Below are positions 11,924 to 25,745 of a DNA stretch of 64,000 nucleotides, one piece after another (the stretch's first letter is position 1; every line of letters begins with the position of its first letter). The notes below the pieces were generated by a model. The model was not told the DNA's origin, ran no database searches, and saw only the letters and a program-made list of their open reading frames with translations. A program made the position numbers and the translations under genes. Origin of the DNA: Eledone cirrhosa (lineage: Eukaryota); NCBI GenBank assembly GCA_964016885.1, contig OZ024740.1, forward strand, positions 225,060,001 to 225,124,000, given 5' to 3'.

Positions 11924-13988
11924 CTATTCACTTGATCGTCTGGTGAAAGGACCGTTGAATCGTCCCTTCGGCTGGTCGTACTCTTCTATAAGTATGTCCG
12001 AATATACTCTTCGATTGATAGTTCCTCCTAGGTCCCTCAAATCACCAACTGCGTTGGGGAATTTCGTTTTAATGTTTGTGTATTGTTTCTGTTCTATTTT
12101 TAGCAGTCTTATGTTAGTTGGCATTTTGATTGGTGCTGGTATTATGTAGTCGTGTTGTGAAATGTGTGTTCAATTATGTAAGTCATTAGTTTCTTGTTGT
12201 GTGTATTTATTGCCGTGCATTTGTTTTTCTGGGGCGGGGTGTGGTTCTGCTATTTTCTTGTCGTTGTTGCTGGGTGTGTGTGTTTTGTTGTTGTGTTTGC
12301 GATGTTGCTGCTTGTGGTGGTGGTGTTGAAGGTGTTGTTGGCGGTGGGGTTGTCGCCGGTGGTGATGGTGGTGCTAGTGTAGGTGGTGATGGTGTTGGTG
12401 GTGTTGCTGCTGTGAGTCTCTTTGCAGTAGACTTTACCCTTTTCTCATTTCTTTCCTCCCTTTTCAAAGGCGACGATGCGCTGCTTCTGCGTTTGTGCCT
12501 TCTTACGACCTTTTGCCACCCCTCTCCTACCTCACACTCCATGTCTGATTCTGTGAGGTCGGGGAGGGGTACCAGCTCCACTCTTTCATTTGTTGTTGCT
12601 GGTGATGTTTGCACTGGAGTCTCTGTTGCAGCTGCATTTGGTATTGCTGTTGTTGTTGTTAATATTTCCACTGCTGCTGCTGTTTTTGATTTCCGTGGCG
12701 TGGGTATGGGTGCCACGGACCTATCGTTCCTGGTTGCCGCTTGTCCTGTTGTTGGTAGCCGTGGAGCCGGTTTCGGAAGGAGGGGGGTTTTCTCCTTTCT
12801 CAGGGTCTTCTCGTTGCAGAAGGCCCTGAGGTGAGTCTTCGATCCACAGCGAAAGCATTTCGGGCGTTTGCCCTCAACACTTAATGGGCAGTTGAGTGCC
12901 GTTATCGAAGTCTATCACATCCGGGATAGCTTCGATGCACTCCTGGTTGGTTTGGATTAACATCTCAATAGAGGTACCGACCCAATCTTCTCTTACTTTT
13001 TTCTGTACTTGCAGTACAGTTGTTTTGTCCTCGATTCCGACGAGGACAGACGCGGCCAGCCAAGAAGGGGCCATCTGGGGAGGGGGGGGGGGGGCGTGGG
13101 TCAGACTGACCCTCACAATTTTTTGCCCGCAGTAGGAGGGCACCAACACCATTTTCTCGCTCCTTAGGGTCCCTACGGATTGAGCCTTTGCCTCCTGGGG
13201 TGTGGCAAAAAGTACGTCTACGGTGGCATATTTTTTGCCTCGGGTGATGTGCGTTTTCCGCTGCCACACAGACCCCAAGGCTTTTTGTATTTGAGCCTCT
13301 GTGGCTCTTTCAACCCTACGGGATTTTGTACTTACTGTACGGTACGTGACCGTACAGTGCTGTTGGGTTTCGAAAAATGTTTCCGCTGCTTTGCAGATTG
13401 CTCGGTGTCCAGTCTTTGTCACCATCTTCTTCGCTTCCTCTAATTCCTCATTTGTTATGAGGATTGTTTCCAGGTTCTTCGCGATACCTGCAAATGAGAT
13501 TGGTTTTTCTTTGCTGCTGTTGTTGTTGTTGTCGTCAGAGCTGCTATTACTTTTGTTGTTGCTGCAGGTACTACGACTACTGCCTCCGCCGCTGTTGCTG
13601 TGGTTTTTGTTGGTGTTGCTGCTGCTAATGCTGTTGTTGTTTATGCTGCTGGTGATGCTGTTGCGGCTGCTACTGTTGTTTTCATTGTCACTGTTGCTGT
13701 TGTTATTACGGCTGCTACTGCTATTATTCCTGACGTCAGACGAATGAAATGGGTTTTCGTATTTCCCGCACACCTGTTTCGTCGTTGTCGTCGTCGTCGT
13801 GGAGAAATCTTGCACGCTTTGCACGAGACTTTTCTTTTCTGTCGTCGCTTGCGAAAGAGAAGGGAGGGAGAGAGACACATTTAAAGAAGGGAGGGAGAGA
13901 GACATCTTCTCTCTGCTGTAGTGATGATTGAGGAAGAAGAAGACGGAATGAGTGGGAGTGACCTATGAAAATTATTTTTCGTAGCCAT
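11924..13988 (-). pseudogene. Tx1 ORF1 (gag-like), frameshifted
   Basis: ORF 12874-13905 continues after a shift as VEGKRPKCFRCGSKTHLRAFC (CX2CX4HX4C), then a P/T-rich part (12207-12716); upstream ATG at 13988 is out of frame. Confidence 0.8.
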
Positions 13989-14204
13989 GTTGTTTTTTTT
14001 GTTTAAATTAAATATTGGGCACAAAACCCCAATAAGCAGTTATTTAACCCGAAGGGCCAAATAACGGACAGAAAGACCCCTCTCACGAGGAGGATGGTGT
14101 TTTTGTCTACAAGTTCGTTAAAGTTTTAAACAATTTACAATTGTTATAGCGTTCAAAATTTACAATACCTTATAGAGCCGAGCCTCCGTCAACCATAGCA
14201 TTCC

Positions 14205-14291
<87 letters not shown>

Positions 14292-14295
14292 AGAA
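14205..14295. repeat. (AAT)n(GAA)n microsatellite
   Basis: Direct reading. Confidence 0.95.
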
Positions 14296-14843
14296 GTTGG
14301 ATGTAGCTACTCTCCCAATAAATGAAATGTGGGAGTAAAAGAGCACATTCAAGAGAAAACAGAATAACCATTTTCTGTATTGCAGAGTGTCCCCTATTGA
14401 GATCAATTGTCAGTAACCACACTACCAATTCATCAATTCTAGACAGAATTCTATAAAACACTTCAACCCGAAGGATGTGCCATGAGACTTGGTTGTGCTA
14501 AAGTTGATGAATGACTTCAATAGTTATTGAAAATACAATTTTGTGAATGTCTTATTCTCTCTTACACTAAATGTGTTTTTCTTGCTATTGACAAAAGATA
14601 TACACATGTATATATAAACATGTGTCTGCAAAGATATGCAACTATATATATGTATTTAATAATTATATATATACAGGTAAAATTCCGTTTTAACGAATTT
14701 TTCAGTATAACAAATTTTTTTTTCAATCCCTGAAATATTAACAAACAAAACTCGATTTGTTTCGGTTGATCTCATTATAAAGAATATTTCGTTAAAATGA
14801 ATCTTTTTTTATACCCCATGAATTGCATTTTAACAGAAATTCA

Positions 14844-14910
<67 letters not shown>

Positions 14911-15813
14911 TATATATATGATATCCCCCAAACTATGTACACACAATTTGATTATCTGTACAGGCAATATTTATTAAAATACTGTTGAAGTGTGTATGCA
15001 TTTTTGATACACCATGTGTGTTTTTTTGTGAGCGTGTGTGTATGTGTGTGTGTGTGTGTGCATGCGTGTGTGTATTGAACAATAAAAACAAACTAATAAT
15101 TAGAGATAGGTAGTTAATTAGTTGTTTAACGATCGTTTCAGAGTGTTGATTGATCATGGAAGTTTGATATATGGACAAAATATAAGGTAGCCATCAGCCA
15201 CAACTGAGAATCAAATTCTGTATATCATGAATTCCAGTCAGATACATCAACCGTTACACCAAATGACAGCTGACAACAATTTTTGTCCAAATTAGGAACT
15301 ATATGCAACAGTTTTATTAGTTAGAGTTAGGAGTAAACGAATCTTATAATTTATCATTTCTCTGCAGCAGCTGCTATCCACATATTTTCTGTGCTTATAA
15401 TTCATTTTACTTGATTTTCTACAGCTATTATCTTTGTAGGAAATCGTTTGGATTTCAACATTTCTAATTTCAAATCATTCAGATGCCTTGATAAATTGTA
15501 TTATAATCATCATCTATAATTTATTTTACCCTGCTAGAGAGTGTTCGATAGATTGTAATAGGCTAAGCCAGTACTTAATTTGAGCTTCTGACCTCTTAGA
15601 TGGGCTAGGGCTCACATCTCACATACATTACCTTACTTTATATAATATACAGAGTGCATCAGCATCAGCACTATGGATGTTGTCATGTTTTTGACACAAC
15701 TGAATATTCCTCTGACCCTTTTGATTTGCATGTTTTGTACAGCAGGATGCCATTCCTGGTGCCATCCTGTTATACCAAACATGGCAAACAAAAGGTTCAG
15801 AGGACTCTTCTGT

Positions 15814-15883
<70 letters not shown>

Positions 15884-16102
15884 AGAAAAACCACAAACCC
15901 TCCATCTCAATTCTACTTTTGAAAAGCACAAGAACTGCGAAGCCAGTAAAGGAACCAAATAAATATTAAAAAAAAAAAAAGACTCCCGTTGCATTTTCGT
16001 TTCATCTTTTTTCCTTATATTTTCACTCGTGTAGAACAGCTCGTTTTTTTTTCATTTTGTAAAAAAACCTCACTTTCTAATATATATATATATATATATA
16101 TA

Positions 16103-16727
16103 TGATAATAAGGGCGCTGCGGAGTTTTTGCAACTCCGCAGCGCCCTTATTATCATATTTACACATATTTTTTCCTCTGCTGCTACCGTCTTTTTGTATC
16201 TTTTATCTTTACCCTTTATAGCAGTCTCTCTCTCTGTTAGCCTCTTCCTCACCCTTCACTCACTCATTCTCTGTCACTACCTCTCCTCATCCTCTTTCAT
16301 CCCGTTTGACCTGTGTGTAATTCTTTTCTCTCGCATGTTGGCCAAGCTGGTATGAATTTTTTCGCTCTCTCGTCTACGATTTCACAGAACTTATGTTTAC
16401 CGAATTCGCAGACCAGACCCCTTCTTCCTCCCGTTAGACCTGTGCGAAATTCCTTCCTTGCTCACATTTCAACCAGGTTTGATGGTCTTTATTTTCTCGT
16501 TCACGATTTCACCGAATTTAAATTCATAGCAATCTGGGACTTGTCTCTTTCTTCCTCACTTTCTGTTGCTTCACCATTTTGTTTGTTTACCCTCGCGTCC
16601 CCTTTATTTACGTGTCCCAACGACTTTTTTTAGCCGTTGCTCGCACCAACCGGAGGTATATGGTCTTTAAAGCGATGAAATGCCTATGATGGTTGGAAGA
16701 TCACTGATGAAGGACAAACTTTTTTCA
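16103..16727 (+). mobile_element. Possible PLE terminal remnant between two (TA)n tracts, ending in a truncated hammerhead start
   Basis: GC-richer insert bounded by TA repeats; CTGATGAAGGAC at 16705, the same 12 nt as the hammerhead at 38018-38053, cut off by (TA)n. Confidence 0.4.
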
Positions 16728-16748
16728 TATATATATATATATATATAT

Positions 16749-17126
16749 TTGTTTTGCAAGGTTTTTTATATGAAATCATGTGTCGAGACAAATATTGTTA
16801 TACTTGGGAGGGTCATATTGTTATAATATTTCCAGAAATAATAACAGAACACCCAAACCAAACAGTGAGTGTGTTCTGTTATTATTTCTGGCAATATTAT
16901 AACAATATGATGGCGGTGGATTGGCAGTATCAGTAGAGGGTCGGACGCCATGCTTTCCAGCATAGTTACGTCCCTTTACGATCTGAGTTCAAATCCCGCC
17001 GAGGTTGACTTTGCCTTTCATCCTTACGGGGTCGGTAAAATAAAGTACCAGTAATGCACTGGGTAATTGCTGGCCTTGTGCCTAAAGTAGAAACAATTAT
17101 AACAATATGATCCTCTCCAAGTATAA
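16749..17126. repeat. Fold-back element (arms 16798-16852 and 16871-16910 plus 17112-17126) interrupted by a SINE
   Basis: Reverse-complement arms; right arm resumes after the SINE; ~50-nt extension abuts (TA)n. Confidence 0.8.
16912..17095 (+). mobile_element. tRNA-derived SINE with 16-bp TSD
   Basis: GGCGGTGGATTGGCAG head, GAGTTCAAATCCC B-box; ATTATAACAATATGAT at 16896-16911 and 17096-17111. Confidence 0.9.
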
Positions 17127-17132
17127 TAATAA

Positions 17133-17320
17133 TAATTGTTTCTACTTTAGGCACAAGGCCAGCAATTACCCAGTGCATTACTGGTACTTTATTTTATCGA
17201 CCTCGTAAGGATGAAAGGCAAAGTCAACCTGGGCGGGATTTGAACTCAGATCGTAAAGGGACATAACTGTGCTGGAAAGCATGGCGTCCGACCCTCTACC
17301 GATAGTGCCAATCCACCGCC
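17133..17320 (-). mobile_element. tRNA-derived SINE, same family, inserted in (TAA)n
   Basis: Near-exact reverse complement of 16912-17095. Confidence 0.9.
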
Positions 17321-17322
17321 CT

Positions 17323-17362
<40 letters not shown>

Positions 17363-17386
17363 TATATATAATAATAAATATATATA

Positions 17387-17427
<41 letters not shown>

Positions 17428-17542
17428 CTTATCTTAATAACCATTTGACACACATCCCTGCTAACCATTATCACAACATCGAACACCTTACTACTACTAC
17501 ACACACACACACACACATATTTGTTGTGAAAGAGTCATTTCT

Positions 17543-17790
17543 CAGTCTTGGCGCAAAATCAATTCTTTATTCACATGACCTCTACGGACCAATCAAAATT
17601 GTTTTGACCACAAGAATTTTTGCAAACACCAAGTAGCGCTGGAGCCACTTTTATAACATAAAAACAGTCTCGGCGCAAAATCAATTTTTTACATTCACAT
17701 GACCTCTACCGACCAATCAAAATTGTTTTGACCACAAGAATTTTTGCAACACCAAAGTAGCGCTGGAGCCACTTTGTTAACATAAAAACA
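17543..17790. repeat. Tandem duplication, 2 x ~122 bp
   Basis: CAGTCT.GGCGCAAAATCAATT...GACCAATCAAAATTGTTTTGACCACAAGAATTTTTGC...GTAGCGCTGGAGCCACTTT...ACATAAAAACA twice. Confidence 0.92.
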
Positions 17791-18007
17791 TGTAGAATTC
17801 CCAAAACTAATCAGATCAGAGCAAACAACACGGACACTCTATCTCAAAATTATTTTTGAAAAGCATTTAGAAATGCGCAACCGGTAAAAACTTAAAAACT
17901 TAAAACCACAACTGAATACTAACCCATACAATTACTAATACTCTTTTATTCCTAATTAAACCATTTTTCAACTGTGAACAATTTGTCAGCATTTTCTATT
18001 CCGTTTA

Positions 18008-18100
<93 letters not shown>

Positions 18101-18179
18101 CACACATATATATTACACATATATGTATGCACACACATATATCTATTTTTTTTGTATATACATATATACGTATATATAT

Positions 18180-18465
18180 ATGGTGTCCTGACAAAAAATG
18201 CCCAGCCCACATTGCAAAGTGGTCATTTTGGTGACACAATAAAAAGTGTTCAGCCCACTCTGTAAAGTGATAATTTTGTTACCATGATAAAAGGGACCTA
18301 GTTGATGTTAGTAATGTGTTTGTTGCTAGGAAAAACATCCAGCCATAGAAACCAAGCTGGAAATGGTTCTGTATGATCAAGACATGGTCATCTGATCTAA
18401 CTTGTCTCACAATTGGACTACCCATCTAAACAATGCTAGTATGGAAAATGGACGCTAAACACTGA
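18180..18465 (+). mobile_element. Decayed RTE 3' UTR fragment
   Basis: CCCAGCCCAC..TG.AAAGTGG subrepeats, TAGGAAAAACATCCAGC, ATGGAAAATGGACGCTAAAC. Confidence 0.7.
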
Positions 18466-21400
18466 GTGTGTTGATGTGTATGTATGTGTATGTGTGTTCA
18501 TTTGTGTATATATGTATCAGTGTTTATGTTTTCATTTGTTTATGTCACATAACCTAAACTTTTGAAAAAATTAGGTGGATAAAATAGGTATCAAATTTGA
18601 AAAAATGAAATCTTGGATCATTATGATTGAATAATCCCTTCCACCGAAGACTGAAACATTTAAAAGAAAAAGTAATAAAAAAATACTGCTAAAAATGAAT
18701 CATTACTATAATAATTAGGTCTAAATTCAACAACAATGTAACTCCAAAGAAATTTACCCCATGTTGCATATTATACGTAATAAGTGCATTCTTTGGAAAA
18801 AAAACACTAAAAGTATTTTTCATATACTTTCTACAACAAAAGATACAATACTTGAAGCAAAAATCACTTTCATTTCAATTATATATGAAATAGTTTCACC
18901 TTTTACAAAATTTACCATTAAAACTTTGTATACTTTCTGTCTTAAGCACAATTAATCGTAAGTTTTGTGTATTTGTATCTATTTACCATTCTACTTGTTC
19001 CATTATTGATCTTTAAATTGATTGAATTCTCCTGATTAGATTCTTCTCATATAGATAAGGAAATAGTCAATACTTAACTCAGTTGAGTAAAAATGTAGCA
19101 CTTATAGCAATCATTCAAAACATTTAGGTAATAAAATAAATCGGTAAATGTTGATGCAAGAAATTTTGGTGAAACTTGCTACATAGATGCTATTTTGTTG
19201 TTTTACAGTTTGGTCAGAAAAGGATGAGCAGCATATATGAACAGTAAAGGAAAACACTTCAGTTTTCGTGAATCCAATGCAGTTAGTGTATAAGGAAATT
19301 GTAATCAGAGAGAATATAGATGCATTTGATGCCTTTAGGAAAAATGACAGCAGGAAGTTAATTTCTGTGGGTTGCAGTTTTAGGATAGAATGATATGGTA
19401 AAGTGTTTGGTATAGGGGTTAGGGAAATGATATTTAGAAGAGAATGATGCTGTTTTCTTAAGTCCCATGTCAGCTCTCATCAAACAGATCTATGATCAAA
19501 GATGTTCCAGCCATGACCAGCTTATCTTATAGACACTGGGTATAAAACATTGTGTAATGAATCCAATAAAAATATAGGGTATAATTCAAATGAGATTTGG
19601 GTACTATTTCTCACAGTTTGAGTCAATGCACAGACACATTCTCAAATTGGTAAGTAGCTGGCTTGTTCAGATTAGTGAAAATTAAAGTAATAATATAAGA
19701 AGCAGTAGAGTGTATGAAACAGCATGTCCTGTGTTTCAATAATTGTTCATGAGTGAATATTTTAAAATGAGCCAGATGGCATTTTAAGGGTTGCAATCTA
19801 CGATGTTGATGTACCATTGTCTGAGATATGAGAGTAGTGCTCTAATAGGCACTTAAGTTTTCTGGGGTCTAAGCAGCTGAAGCATTGTCAGGTCTTCAGT
19901 AAAATGTTCAGTCTTTGAGATTCTCATTTGGTAATGTATAAGGTCACTCTGAGAGATAAATGAGTGGGAAGTTTAGCATTTGTAGAAGCTTTGAAGGTTG
20001 AAAGGTTTAGTTATGCTGCTAATGCATCTAGGGATTGTTGTGCCTAACTAGCTTCTGGAGACCGGTGTAAAGGTTGCACCTTGGTGATGCAATACAAGAA
20101 ATTGAGATCTATATAGCACAAAAAGGGAAACAAAACAAAAAAATATTTTAAACATAATATCAAATCAAAGTAGTTTAACAGTTAATGTATCCTTTAAGGC
20201 AGTGCAATGGCAGAGTCATTTGAGCATAGGATAAAATGTTCTAAGGTATATGTTTCTGTACTCTGTGTTCAAATCCAACAATGATCAACTTTGCTCTTCA
20301 TCATTTTGGGGATGATAAAATAAAGTACCAGTCAATGGTGGTGAATTGGTATTATTGTTAAAGTGTCCAATGAAATAATATATTAATTTTGGTTCTTTTT
20401 GCTTTGAGTTCAACCCATTGGACGACAACCACATGGCTTTTAGGTGCTTTTAACTGAGTCCACTCTGTTGCAGGTGTTCAGGACTTTGGCATGGAGATGC
20501 CTTCCTCCCTCCCACCAGTCACAGACCCTCCCCGTCCCCAAATATTGAGTTATAGGCATTTTTCTTCTCCCCGTGACTAAACTGTAAAATAGTAAAATAA
20601 ATCCCAGTCCACTTAAATGCAAATTTGGTGCTCTTTATATTTTGACATAAGGTATATTTTTCCTAGAATATTTAATACAACAAATACTCCACTATGTCTA
20701 TATTTCAAATGTTCAAATCTGATGTAACTGAAATGAAAAGAACAGGAATATAAAATCTAAAAGATAGAATAATGGCAGGAACTAATGTAATGTGATTTTC
20801 AATTCAATTTATTATAAAACTACTTTATAAAATGGCATTGTTTTAATTTAAGAATTTTTTTCCAGATAAAGCAGTAAAGTTGTTTAAATCTTTTTATATT
20901 ATTATATACAAGCCATGATTATTTTTGATTTTGTAAAATATATTCCTAGAAAAAAAAAGAAAATCAAAATTTATATTTTTGAATATTTTCAAAATAGTTC
21001 ACTCTTAAAAAGCAATCAAATTATAAAATAGAGTTGGAAAAAGTCAGTTTAAAATAATGAAATAATTTGTGACTTCAGGTAGAGCAATCTCTTCCTTTAG
21101 GCAAATTATTTCTCGTTTCATGAATATTCATAATCAACTTTCAATATATTCTAAGTTTCCCTTTAAACAATTCACTGTTTATTATTTAAAATAGAAAGCA
21201 AAACAAAATAGTTATTTTCTCATTGGTATATGAGAATGAGAAAAGGAATTTTAAAAGCAAAATTTGTTATATAACATTCTAAAATGGCTCTAATTTGAAT
21301 GAAAAGAATCACTAAATGGTTGGTTATATCGTTGCTAGGAGTAAACAATATTAATTTCTTAGGCTATTTGTAACTCTTTGAAACCTAACTTACTAATATA

Positions 21401-21989
21401 GGCATAGTCCTAAATCTTGGACATCCATACAAAAATCACTGAAAAATTATATTCCTTAATTCAACATGAAAAAATGATAATAAATGTATGAATTTGTCAA
21501 ACATCATGGCAATGCCTTTACAAAGAAACCAGATTAAGGGAACGATGTAAAATCATCACTGATTCATGTGTACGTAACAGTAGTATTCAGAGGTGTGTGG
21601 TAGAATAGAATACCATGCTTCTGTGATAAAGTGAAACATTATTGGGACTGGCTAATTCAAAGCTTTAATGTATGCCATTGCATTTATTCTAGTTTGTAAA
21701 AGTTTAAACTCTTTCCATGTTGGATTTCACTCTGGTTACCAACACTTAACCTTATTTAGGACTTTTGATTGGATTTAAATAAGTCAATAGTTTATAACCA
21801 ATTTTAGTTGTTAATAGATAACATGTGTACATATTATGTAAAGAAAAAGGTCACTACTATAAAGAGTGGAAGCATCTGATCCATATTATGTTATTACCAT
21901 GTCAAGCTGTTCTTACAACAGCATTCTATAAATAATTCCGTTATTTTGCCATGTAAAGTTGAAGCTGAGATATTTTCTATAATTAGTGT

Positions 21990-22560
21990 TTTAGTATCTT
22001 GCAAAACTGAAAATAGAGCAACAAGGGAGGTGTCATATCTCCTCACTTCTTTCCTCAAGTCTCAAAGGTCAATGCTGCTGACTATATAGAGAAATTAGAG
22101 ACAGTTATGAATCCTTGGATAGAGAGTGTGAGCAAAGGAAGACAATACAACTACTATCAAGATTATGTGCCATCTCATAAGACCCAGACGATCCAAGAAA
22201 GAATGAGTTACAATCTCTATGATTACATCACCTCAAACATATGGTCTCCTAACTCTCAAGACCTGAATCTTTTGGACTACTATATATGGGACATAGTCAA
22301 GAGGGATATCAATCAATGCTTTCATAACTCTATAATATCTTTGAAGTTTGTCATAACTAGCACAATATCCAAAATAGATAAAATATTCTGATTCAGGTAT
22401 ATCAGCGTTTCAGACCCATATTGAAGCATTCATCAATGTTGACAGTGGATTCATTGAGTAGATGCACTAAGAGGAATCTCAAGATGCTCCATAGCAGTTT
22501 GACCCCAAATAAAGCTCTTATTTCATGACAGGCATCTTTCACTGAGTAACCCCATATAAT
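21990..22560 (+). mobile_element. Decayed Tc1/mariner-superfamily transposase 3' part (maT/DD37D-like)
   Basis: ORF 22107-22391: YYQDYVPSH...WSPNSQDLNLLDYYIW matches QQD.AP.H...WPP.SPDLNPLDY.IW. Confidence 0.75.
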
Positions 22561-23365
22561 TAGTTTTGTTGTCTTTATATGCTAAGTATGCTAAGCTGAA
22601 GCTTAACCTTCTGTATTGTGTGTATTTTCAGTTGGGTATTCTATAATTAGTGTATTATTATCTTTTTTCTATCTTTTATAATGTTCCTTAAATAGTTTAG
22701 TTTACAAAAAGTAGCTGTGAACATAACATTCACAAGACTTCCAAGAATTGTGTGAGTGGTGTATATGGTGTTCTTTCTGAACAAAGGCAAATCAACAACA
22801 GCTGGCAAGGAATTCTAGAGAGTGCTGTTCTAGAGATGAAAGATTGATCAAAGTGATCAGTGGGTATTGGGTACAAAATGTGTAAAAAGAGATGAAGAAT
22901 TGAGTAAGTTAGGCCTAATTGAGTGGAGGTGGCATGAAATCAGATAGTTTTGAGAGGCAGGGACGACCAAAACAGTAATAGAAAGCAGAAAAAAGAGACA
23001 GCATCTCTATAATGTCTATTGATGTCTGGTGGTATGTGATTTCAGGCCAATCACTCAATTGATCTTTTATTTGTATATGTAAGAGCAAAACTGCTCTTTA
23101 TATGTCACATAATATTCCATTGTAGGCCTCACTTGAATCTACCATACTGAGCTGAAAACTAGTATTTTATATTTAGTGTTTTGTTATTTTGCCTTAATGA
23201 GCTGAATCAGTCAGTATACATTTCGTTTTACTTTTGGGCAGAGTTTAAATATATTCCCAGATACAAATACAGTCACAAACATGAATACCAAATTCTCTGA
23301 ATCAAATCCAATTGAAGCCTTTATGTTGTATATGTACATACATACATATATATATATATATACAT

Positions 23366-23410
<45 letters not shown>

Positions 23411-23411
<1 letters not shown>

Positions 23412-23604
23412 GGTAAAAAGTTCTCAGTCCACACTGTAAATGTGGTTGGTGTTAGGAAGGGCATCCAGCCATAGAAAACCAGCCAGAAACACCCCTATTT
23501 GAGCGAGACACGGTCACCTGACACAGCTTGCCTTAAAATAGGACCCGTCTAACCCATTCTAGCGTGGAAGATGGATGTTAAGCGATGATGATGATGATGA
23601 TGAT
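23411..23604 (+). mobile_element. RTE 3' end, 5'-truncated, in (TA)n
   Basis: GTGGTTGGTGTTAGGAAGGGCATCCAGC and (GAT)n tail. Confidence 0.88.
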
Positions 23605-24748
23605 ATATATATATATGTGTATGTATGTATGTACATATATATGTATGGCTTGTGTACAGCAATTTATCTCATGTTAAACCAATCAAACATATCTGAAAGT
23701 AGTATTAACTATTAATATCCTGTGCCACATGAGACCACATTTGCAAGGTATTCTTGGATAGTATAAAACTACTCTAAGAACACCTCACATTAAAAATTAA
23801 CAACTTAACAATAATACTGTAAATGTTCACAACAATCTACCTGGTATATTGTAAACATTTGAATTCACAAACCAGTTTTTAAATACTTTCTGCTAAACCA
23901 TTTCAGGATGTTAAGAGTGAAGATAAACACCAAATGGAATGCAACTAATGTGGTATGATCAGTTATGTAAAAAACATAACATAGTGATTTGATAAACCGA
24001 GCTCAATACAATATTTACCTGACTAGAATAAACCCTGGAATCGATATAATTAACCTTTTGTTACCACTGTTTACTATTTTTAAATGATATTGAAAATTAT
24101 CATAAATTCATAGGGATTATTAATGTATTTAACCTTCTCATTATGAATCTTGTGTTCAGAGTAAACCTTAAGAAAAGTTCTTACAAGAAATTAGAATAGA
24201 AAGTTTCTAGATAAACATAAGCATTTTAAAACTAATCATATTTTATCCTAAACCAATGGACAGTTTCAGGAAGTTTGATAACGAAAGGCTGAAAGGCAGT
24301 GCTAAAGCATGACTACAGTCCAAGGAATAGAGCTAGTAAATGAGTAAAAGTATATATGTGTGTGTATGTGTGTGTGTGAAGTGGTATTAGGTTAATGAAC
24401 AGACTCCCACATTAGTATATGACCTTTGACAAGCAATATATTTGTGACTATCATTGATGGAGAAAATATATTTGTTTCTGAGAAAAATATTAACCTGTAA
24501 AGAAAATGGTATTTCTGCATCAATAATCTCATTGTTCAGTATTTTTATATATTTTTCTTTGGTTTTACTATTCTTGTTGCTATTGTTTAGAGAATATTGA
24601 AGCTTAGGAAATAGATTTGAAGAAATTCACATTAATTTTCTAAAATCCATAATTTCAAACCAGACATTATCATATAAATTTTCCTTCTTCAACTCGTATC
24701 TTTTAGTAAACATTTATATTTGTTTAAATATCACATATATGTGCATAA

Positions 24749-24821
<73 letters not shown>

Positions 24822-25429
24822 ATAAATATATATATATATATGTATATATTTGTGTATATATATATATATATATATACACTCTGCTTGCTGTATCTAAATT
24901 ATCTGATTAAGAAAGCTATATTGTCTTCTTCTACACACAATTAACATTCGGTGGATTCAATGAAACGCGATGATAAAGAAAACAGCTTAGTAATACCATT
25001 ACAGTGTGTGTATGTTTTGTTGTTTTTTTCTCACATCAATTCCTTTGTTTATGTCTCTTTATTGGTTTGTTTGTCTGTTTGTTTATTCCATGCAATTAGA
25101 AACAAAACCTAACATTTTTCGTTCTTTCACAGCATCCGGAAGTAGCATTCATATTCAAAAAAGAAAAGATTTTAACTCGAAGTTTGTTGAGAGAAAGTAT
25201 CTTTTCGTCATATCGTATCATAATCTGACCTTTATTTCGTTGTTGTTATTGGTATTGTATTTTTGTTATATTTTGTTATCATTACTTGATATATTTATTT
25301 TATTTCAATTGTTTTTGTTTAGTATTTTTGTATTGTTCTTCCTTTTACCAATTCATAGATAGCAGGAAAATATGAAAATAGTTAATGTTCAGTTTTTGCT
25401 AGTAAAGTGGATAAGTGCTCAACAAAATA

Positions 25430-25657
25430 GATTCATTATTGTTGTTATTATTGTTGTTCTTATTATTATTGTTGTTACTGTTGTTGTTGTTGTTAGCATC
25501 ATTATCATATCATTATCATTATCATTACAATCACGATCATCACCTTCATTGTTGTATGTTGTCGTTGACATCATCATCATATAGTAGTAGTAGTAGTAGC
25601 AGTAGTAGTAGTAATAGTAGTAGTAATAGCAGCAGTAATAGTAGTAGTAGTAGTAGC

Positions 25658-25694
<37 letters not shown>

Positions 25695-25745
25695 ATGGTG
25701 TTGTTGTTGGTGTTGGGGGTAGTGGTGTGGTGGTGGTTATGTGGG
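25430..25745. repeat. Trinucleotide low-complexity block (TTG/ATC/TAG/GGT)
   Basis: Direct reading. Confidence 0.9.

Larger units (their letters stand above)
8184..14204 (-). mobile_element. Full-length ~6.0 kb Tx1/L1-clade non-LTR retrotransposon inside an (AAT)n tract
   Basis: ORF1 with CCHC knuckle, ORF2 APE-RT-zinc finger, AATAAA just before the 3' end, (AAT)n immediately on both sides. Confidence 0.92.

Noticed and set aside
12199-13884. Plus-strand Val/Leu-rich ORFs
   Set aside because: Antisense shadows of the low-complexity Tx1 ORF1
16912-17320. tRNA gene or CRISPR-like repeats
   Set aside because: A/B boxes belong to SINE heads with no cloverleaf; no repeat-spacer array; context is eukaryotic
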